Part shown: one piece after another, positions 58,573 to 64,000 of the stretch
Layout of the letters: every line of letters starts with the position of its first letter
Numbering within the stretch: position 1 is the stretch's first letter
Origin: Planctomycetota bacterium
Lineage (GTDB): Bacteria > Planctomycetota > UBA8108 > SXIK01
DNA: 64,000 bases
Direction: 5' to 3'
NCBI GenBank assembly: GCA_965223265.1
Contig: OZ244999.1
Span: 8,224,001-8,288,000, forward strand
Position numbers and translations under genes: made by a program
The notes under the pieces: model-generated
Database searches by the model: none
What the model was told of the DNA's origin: nothing
The model's input: the letters and a program-made list of their open reading frames with translations, nothing else

Positions 58573-61161
58573 TCACTCGTAGCGCCACTTGCGGCGCCAC
58601 GGGTCGCGCGTCTCTTCCTGAAAGGCGCGCAGCTTTGTCTTCAGCCGCGCCAGCACGTCGGTATGCTCTCGATCCTCTGCGAGGTTGTGAATCTCGTGCG
58701 GATCCTGCTCGAGGTCGTAGAGCTCCCACTCTGGTCGATGGCGATAGGCCTCGACCGTGCGCTTACCGTAGATCGCCTTCGGACCCTTGGCGTAAATGTC
58801 GAGCCACGTCGGTGACTCCCAGAGATCCGACGCCGACGGATACGTCAGACCGTAAGCGATGTTCCAGATGAGCTTGTAGCGGCGCTCTCGCACCACGCGC
58901 ATCGGGTAGTACATGGTGATCTCGTGGAAGGTGTGCGAAGCGTAGACTTCGTCCCAACCAGCGGGATTTTCCATGCCGATGACGCCCAGGAAGGATCGCC
59001 CTTGAAGCGGCGGCTCGGTCTGCGGTCGACCCCCGGCGTAGTCGAGGATCGTCGGCGTGAGGTCGACCCAGCTGATCATGGCGCGTGAGGTGATGCCTCG
59101 CTGTTTGACGCCCGGGTGGCGAATGATGCATGGCGAGCGCAGCCCGGGCTCGTAGCACGTCGTCTTGGCACCAGGGAAGGCGATGCCATGATCGGAGATG
59201 TAGATGAACAACGTGTTTTCCCAGTGGCCCGTTTGCTTGAGCAGTTCCATCAGGAGCCCGAGGCCTTGGTCGACACGCGAGACCGACTCGTAGTACTGCG
59301 CCAGCTCGGCTCGGCACACCGGTGTGTCTGGCAGATATGGCGGCACGACGACGTCCTGTGGCCGATAGGTCTGGCGCTCGACGCCCGGGTAGGTCTCGCC
59401 GCGCGGTTTGTTGCCGAATCGGTTTGGTGCGTGGGGCGCGTCTTTGAAGAATCCGCCGGAGCGATGTGGGTCGGCCGTGCAGAAGTAGAGAAAGAATGGA
59501 CGAGCGTCTTTCGCGCTGAGGAAACCGCGACAGTTTCGCGCCATTTCGACCGGGTTGCGGGCGCTTCCCGGTAGCGCGACGTCGAAGCGATACACATCCT
59601 CGGGTCCAACGTGATATTTGCCGATCCGCGCCGTGCGGTAGCCAGCTTCGGTGAGCAACACTGGGAGCGACTTGATGTCCCCGTATGTCCGAAAATGGTG
59701 GTAGGTGTGTTCGTGGCCGTACTGAGCGGTGCGGTGGTTGTAGAGGCCTGTGAGGATGACACTACGGCTGGCGCTGCAGCTCGCCGTCGTACAGAAAGCG
59801 TGAGTGAACAGCGTGCCGTCCGCCGCCAGCCGATCCATGTTGGGAGTTTTGATCGCGGGATTGCCGTAGCAGCCGGCATCTTGACCTTGATCGTCCGAGA
59901 CGACGAGGACGACGTTGCGCGTGGAGGGCTCCGCGGCGGGGGTTGGCTGCGCGCCGAAAACGAGACAAATCAGCGCCAGCGCCGCGATCGCCCAGGTTCC
60001 GGCGAGCTGACTAAAGATGTCCATAAGATCTCCCTTGAGTTCGATTCCAACCCCTGGCGCGTCCGGCACGCGCACCGTGCCGTCTACAATTGGCAGATCA
60101 TCGGCAAAGCCGCCGAACGGTTCGAACACGCCCGGATAGGACTCGCTGCCGCCGAGGCCGATCCCGGCCGCGACGTGAAGCGCCAATTGGTGTCCGCCGT
60201 GAGGTACGCAGCGCGAAAGCGACCAGCCGGACTCACGCAGCACGTCGACGGTCCGCAAGTACTCAACAAGGCCGTAACTGAGCGTTGGATCCATCTGCAG
60301 GATGTCTCGCTCAGGGTCGAGCCCGCCGTAGCGAATCAGATTGCGCGTGTCTTGATGCGAAAACAGGTTCTCGCCAGTTGCTAGTGGCGTCTTCGTTGCG
60401 GCCGCGACCTGCGCGAGCAGATCGTAGTCGAGCGGATCACCGGGTTCCTCATACCACTTGAGACCGAACGGCGCGAGCGCCTCGCCATAGGCGAGTGCGG
60501 TGTCGCGGTCGAATCGACCGTTGGCGTCGACGGCGAGTGCACTCCCGCTGCCCGCGATCTCAAGAGCGGCTTCAATGCGTTCGATGTCCTGCTCGAGAGG
60601 GACGCCGCCGATCTTGATCTTGAATTCGGTGTAACCTTGCTCGCGGTATCCTTCGAGTTCTTGGCGAAGTCCCTCGAGTTCTTTGCCGGGGTAGTAGTAG
60701 CCGCCGGCAGCGTAGATCGAAACGTGCTCGTCGGCCGCTCTGTCGCCGCCGCGCTCGGCGAGCACTTGGTAGAGCGGTTTTTCTTCAAGCTTGCCGACGA
60801 GATCCCACAGGGCCATGTCGATCGCACCGACGGCGACGCTGCGTTCACCGTGGCCGCCTGGCTTCTCGTTCTTCATCATCACATCCCACGCCTTGAACGG
60901 ATCGAAGTTGTCGCCTCTCTCCGTGAGGAGTTGTTCAGGGGCCGCAGCCAGGAGCCGTGGCACGAGCCGTCGACGCAGGATGTCACGCTGCGCATAGCGT
61001 CCGTTGGAATGAAAGCCGTAGCCGATGACACGCTTTCCGCTGCGTTCGACGTCCGTTATGATCGCAACAGCAGAGACCGTCATCTCCGCGAAGCTGATGA
61101 ACGCGTTGCTGATGGACGATCGAATCGACACGATTTCGTCGCGGATTTCGACAATTCTCAT
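58573..61161 (-). CDS. In-frame fusion: D-tartrate dehydratase-like enolase-superfamily protein + signal/TM segment + sulfatase (N-sulfoglucosamine sulfohydrolase-like)
   Basis: Start MRIVEIRD at 61161; GYGFHSNGRY, MMKNEKPGGHGERSVAVG, YAAGGYYYPGK, KIKIGG, DANGRF, PHGGH; then hydrophobic TWAIAALALICLVFG; then VSDD, CSASRSVILTG, GKYH, SDHG, ELYDL..DPHE..NLA. Confidence 0.85.
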   Translation of the reverse strand: MRIVEIRDEIVSIRSSISNAFISFAEMTVSAVAIITDVERSGKRVIGYGFHSNGRYAQRDILRRRLVPRLLAAAPEQLLTERGDNFDPFKAWDVMMKNEKPGGHGERSVAVGAIDMALWDLVGKLEEKPLYQVLAERGGDRAADEHVSIYAAGGYYYPGKELEGLRQELEGYREQGYTEFKIKIGGVPLEQDIERIEAALEIAGSGSALAVDANGRFDRDTALAYGEALAPFGLKWYEEPGDPLDYDLLAQVAAATKTPLATGENLFSHQDTRNLIRYGGLDPERDILQMDPTLSYGLVEYLRTVDVLRESGWSLSRCVPHGGHQLALHVAAGIGLGGSESYPGVFEPFGGFADDLPIVDGTVRVPDAPGVGIELKGDLMDIFSQLAGTWAIAALALICLVFGAQPTPAAEPSTRNVVLVVSDDQGQDAGCYGNPAIKTPNMDRLAADGTLFTHAFCTTASCSASRSVILTGLYNHRTAQYGHEHTYHHFRTYGDIKSLPVLLTEAGYRTARIGKYHVGPEDVYRFDVALPGSARNPVEMARNCRGFLSAKDARPFFLYFCTADPHRSGGFFKDAPHAPNRFGNKPRGETYPGVERQTYRPQDVVVPPYLPDTPVCRAELAQYYESVSRVDQGLGLLMELLKQTGHWENTLFIYISDHGIAFPGAKTTCYEPGLRSPCIIRHPGVKQRGITSRAMISWVDLTPTILDYAGGRPQTEPPLQGRSFLGVIGMENPAGWDEVYASHTFHEITMYYPMRVVRERRYKLIWNIAYGLTYPSASDLWESPTWLDIYAKGPKAIYGKRTVEAYRHRPEWELYDLEQDPHEIHNLAEDREHTDVLARLKTKLRAFQEETRDPWRRKWRYE

Positions 61162-61255
61162 CTCTTTCTGCTCGCTTGGGGATGTTGGTACTTGTTGAGG
61201 ATTTCGCTGTCGCTCGTGCAGACGGCGAAACGATACTAATGCTCGAGGGAAACCC

Positions 61256-63721
61256 TTGACGACAAAAAATCTGAGTTCAGCAACACTGGTCGATTGTGTT
61301 TCGCGCGGCGTCGACCGCGAAGAGCGCGCACGGCTCGCGCTGAAGCGAAGCGGGAAGAGAAGGGGCGTCGTCAAGACGCAGTGGAGTTCGATACGGCGCA
61401 GTTCGATACAGCCGATCGTTTTCGTCGTTGCAACGCTCGTTGGGGGGAGCGCTTTGCTACCTCACGCCACCGTTGCCGGCGAGCTGCGCGTGAACGTCGA
61501 CTGGAGCGAGTTCCTCGCGCGGCATGATCTCGTTTGGGATCGACTCGCGACGACGTGGTACGAGTCGCCTTTTCTCGGCAATGGCATGATGGGGACGATG
61601 ATCTATCGTCCCCGGCGCGGTCATTTGCGTTGGGACGTTCACCGCAGCGACGTGCAAGACCATCGCGACAACACCCACGGCTGGTCGGCATACAGCCGCG
61701 GTCGCTTACCGATCGGATACTTTGATCTTGTCAGCGTCGGACAGGTCGACTCGGGGACCATGCACCTCGACCTCTACAACGCCGAGGCCCGCGGCGTGCT
61801 CCGGACCGACGTCGGTGAAATCGCGTGGCGGAGTGTAGTACTCACCGGCGAGATGGCGATCGTGATCGAAACGCGCGCAACGGAAGGCGAGCGTGATTTC
61901 ACGTGGCGTTTCCATCCTGCCGAGGCGATCAGTCCGCGCCAGGCGTTTCGCGCCGACTACACGCTCGAGCATCGCCACCAGATGGAGTACAAGCACAACC
62001 CACCTCACGCCCTTGAGCTGGCGAGCGACGGTGGGCTTTGCTCGCAGCCGCTGCTCGTCGGCGGGGGACACGCGACCGCGTGGCGTCAAGTGCGCCTCGG
62101 CCCAGGCCATCGCTTGCTGTACGTTAGCGTTGATCAGTCGTTTCCGAAAACAGACTACGCCGCGAAAGCACGCCGGCTTCTTGAGCGTGCGCTAGCGACA
62201 CCGTTCGAGCACGCCGTGGCGGTCCATCGTGACTGGTGGCATCGGTTTTATCCGGCGAGTTTTCTCTCGATCCCCGACACCCGACTCGAGGGGTTCTATT
62301 GGATCCAGATGTACAAGCTTGCCGCCGCGACACGTGCGGATGGAGCGTTGATCGATAACCACGGCCCGTGGTTAGAGTTCACCAAGTGGCCCTACGCGTG
62401 TTGGAACTTGAACGTGCAGCTCACGTATTGGCCGTGCTACGCGTCGAATCGACTCGAGCTTGGCGAGTCGCTCTGCCGCTCCCTCGACCGCAACTTCGGC
62501 AACCTCATCGAAAACGTTCCGGAAGCCTATCGTCACGACTCGGCCGGCATCGGCCGTGCGGCGACCAATGACTGTATCGCCAAGGTCGGTGTTCCCGGCC
62601 GCACCGACGTCGGTCAGTACAGCGTGCCGGAGGTTGGGCTCCTGCCTTGGGCGTGTCACAACTACTATTTGCAGTACCGCTACAGCATGGACGACAAGCT
62701 GCTGCGTGAACGGCTGTTTCCTCTCATGCGGCGCGCGTTCAACTACTACCTTCACTTCCTCGAGGAAGGGAGCGACGGACGACTTCACCTGCCGGCGACG
62801 TATTGCCCTGAGTATGGACTGGCGCCGGATAACAATTTTGACTTGGGACTCATGCGCTGGGGCTTTGAGACGTTGCTGCAGATCTGCGAGCGCCTGGGGA
62901 TGGATGATCCGCTGGCGCCGGGCTGGCGCGACGTGCTCGAGCGCCTCGTCGACTACCCGGTCGACGAAAACGGCCTCATGGTGGGGCGCGGCGTACCGTG
63001 GGCGAAGTCGCACCGCCACTACTCCCACATGCTCATGGTCTATCCGTTCTATCTCTTGAATCGCGAAGACCCAAAGGCGAAGCGACTGATTGAGCGCACG
63101 CTCGATCACTGGCTTCATATCGGCGGCGGTAGCCATCACCGCGGTTACTCGTACACCGGACCGGCATCGATGTACGCTGCGCTCGGTGACGGTGATCGCG
63201 CGCACCACTTTGTGAACAAGCTGCTCGACAGTGAGGCGCAGGAAGCCTTCGGTGGTAAGTGGATCCGGCCGAACACGATGTACATGGAGTCAGGACCGGT
63301 GATCGAGACGCCGCTTTCCGCCGCGCAGTCACTGCACGACATGCTCATTCAAAGCTGGGGTGGCAAGATCCGCGTCTTCCCGGCGCTGCCGGTCGTCTGG
63401 AAGGATGTCACCATCCACAATTTGCGCACCGAAGGGGCGTTTCTCGTCAGTGCCGTCCGCCGTGACGGACGGACGGAGTTCGTCCGCGTCAAAAGCCTTG
63501 CCGGGGAGCCTTGCCGCGTGGTGACCGGGATGTTTGGCCGGCATCGCATCCTTGGCAAAAGCGCCGCCGCATTGCACGAGCGCGCCGATGGCTCCCTAGA
63601 GCTCGATCTTGCGCGCGGTGACGACATCATCCTCTACACCGGCCCGCAGCCGCCGCGGCTAGAGGTCACGCCGCTAGCGGCGGTGCGCGAGGAGCGGAAC
63701 TACTACGGGCTCCATCGCTGA
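61256..63721 (+). CDS. Secreted glycoside hydrolase family 95-like (alpha-L-fucosidase/galactosidase-like); start uncertain
   Basis: FLGNGMMG, HRDWWHRFY, WNLNVQLTYWP, SHRHYSH, PNTMYMESGPVIETP, MLIQSW..IRVFPALP..W, LRTEGAFLVSA. Confidence 0.8.
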   Translation: MTTKNLSSATLVDCVSRGVDREERARLALKRSGKRRGVVKTQWSSIRRSSIQPIVFVVATLVGGSALLPHATVAGELRVNVDWSEFLARHDLVWDRLATTWYESPFLGNGMMGTMIYRPRRGHLRWDVHRSDVQDHRDNTHGWSAYSRGRLPIGYFDLVSVGQVDSGTMHLDLYNAEARGVLRTDVGEIAWRSVVLTGEMAIVIETRATEGERDFTWRFHPAEAISPRQAFRADYTLEHRHQMEYKHNPPHALELASDGGLCSQPLLVGGGHATAWRQVRLGPGHRLLYVSVDQSFPKTDYAAKARRLLERALATPFEHAVAVHRDWWHRFYPASFLSIPDTRLEGFYWIQMYKLAAATRADGALIDNHGPWLEFTKWPYACWNLNVQLTYWPCYASNRLELGESLCRSLDRNFGNLIENVPEAYRHDSAGIGRAATNDCIAKVGVPGRTDVGQYSVPEVGLLPWACHNYYLQYRYSMDDKLLRERLFPLMRRAFNYYLHFLEEGSDGRLHLPATYCPEYGLAPDNNFDLGLMRWGFETLLQICERLGMDDPLAPGWRDVLERLVDYPVDENGLMVGRGVPWAKSHRHYSHMLMVYPFYLLNREDPKAKRLIERTLDHWLHIGGGSHHRGYSYTGPASMYAALGDGDRAHHFVNKLLDSEAQEAFGGKWIRPNTMYMESGPVIETPLSAAQSLHDMLIQSWGGKIRVFPALPVVWKDVTIHNLRTEGAFLVSAVRRDGRTEFVRVKSLAGEPCRVVTGMFGRHRILGKSAAALHERADGSLELDLARGDDIILYTGPQPPRLEVTPLAAVREERNYYGLHR

Positions 63722-63813
63722 GTGATCGACCGAGCAGTGACTGGGTGAAGGAGCGCCGAGGAATCCCGTTTCGCGCTCAGCACGTCATCCGCAGCGACCA
63801 CTCTCTCGTTCGC

Positions 63814-64000
63814 CTACTTGCTCTCACCGATCGTCTTGATTGCTTCGCCGGCCGACTTGATCACTTCTTCGCCGGACTCTTTGACATCTTCGGCGGCTTT
63901 CTCGATCGCGGATTTGGCGTCGTCTGCCGCCTTTTCCAGTTCGCTGGTCGCTGGAACCGTTGCCGAACCTTCCTGTGTCTCTTCGGTGATCGCCTCCGAC
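63814..64000 (-). CDS. 3' end of a gene with a charged helical, LEA-like C-terminus (partial)
   Basis: Hand translation ...SELEKAADDAKSAIEKAAEDVKESGEEVIKSAGEAIKTIGESK*. Confidence 0.6.
   Translation of the reverse strand, partial: SEAITEETQEGSATVPATSELEKAADDAKSAIEKAAEDVKESGEEVIKSAGEAIKTIGESK

Overview
High-GC bacterial DNA, most likely a planctomycete (inferred from Cys-flanked dockerin-like C-terminal tags, DUF6797-type and PA14/multiheme cytochrome genes, a CotH kinase, a sulfatase and GTAG-type REP elements). No rRNA, tRNA, CRISPR array, transposase or integrase was seen. The main feature is a family of five ~1800-aa secreted proteins built as signal peptide / Cys motif / FG-GAP(VCBS) repeats / phospho-His domain / ATP-grasp dikinase domain / variable beta-rich domain / dockerin-like tag. 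The His-domain-before-ATP-grasp order and the motifs resemble plant glucan,water dikinases (GWD/PWD) rather than PEP synthase. Four of the five share a ~2.0-kb near-identical DNA core with mosaic SNPs, flanked by divergent N- and C-terminal modules and present in both direct and inverted orientation, which suggests module shuffling by recombination (assembly artefact not excluded). Also present: an XPB helicase/DUF790 (Bax1-like) pair, a triple 181-bp MITE-like array that supplies a gene's stop codon, a sugar-acid catabolic cluster, a GntR regulator with candidate TGTATACA operators, a palindromic repeat translated inside a cytochrome, a doubly broken dockerin pseudogene, an in-frame tartrate-dehydratase-like/sulfatase fusion with an internal start, and a GH95-like hydrolase.
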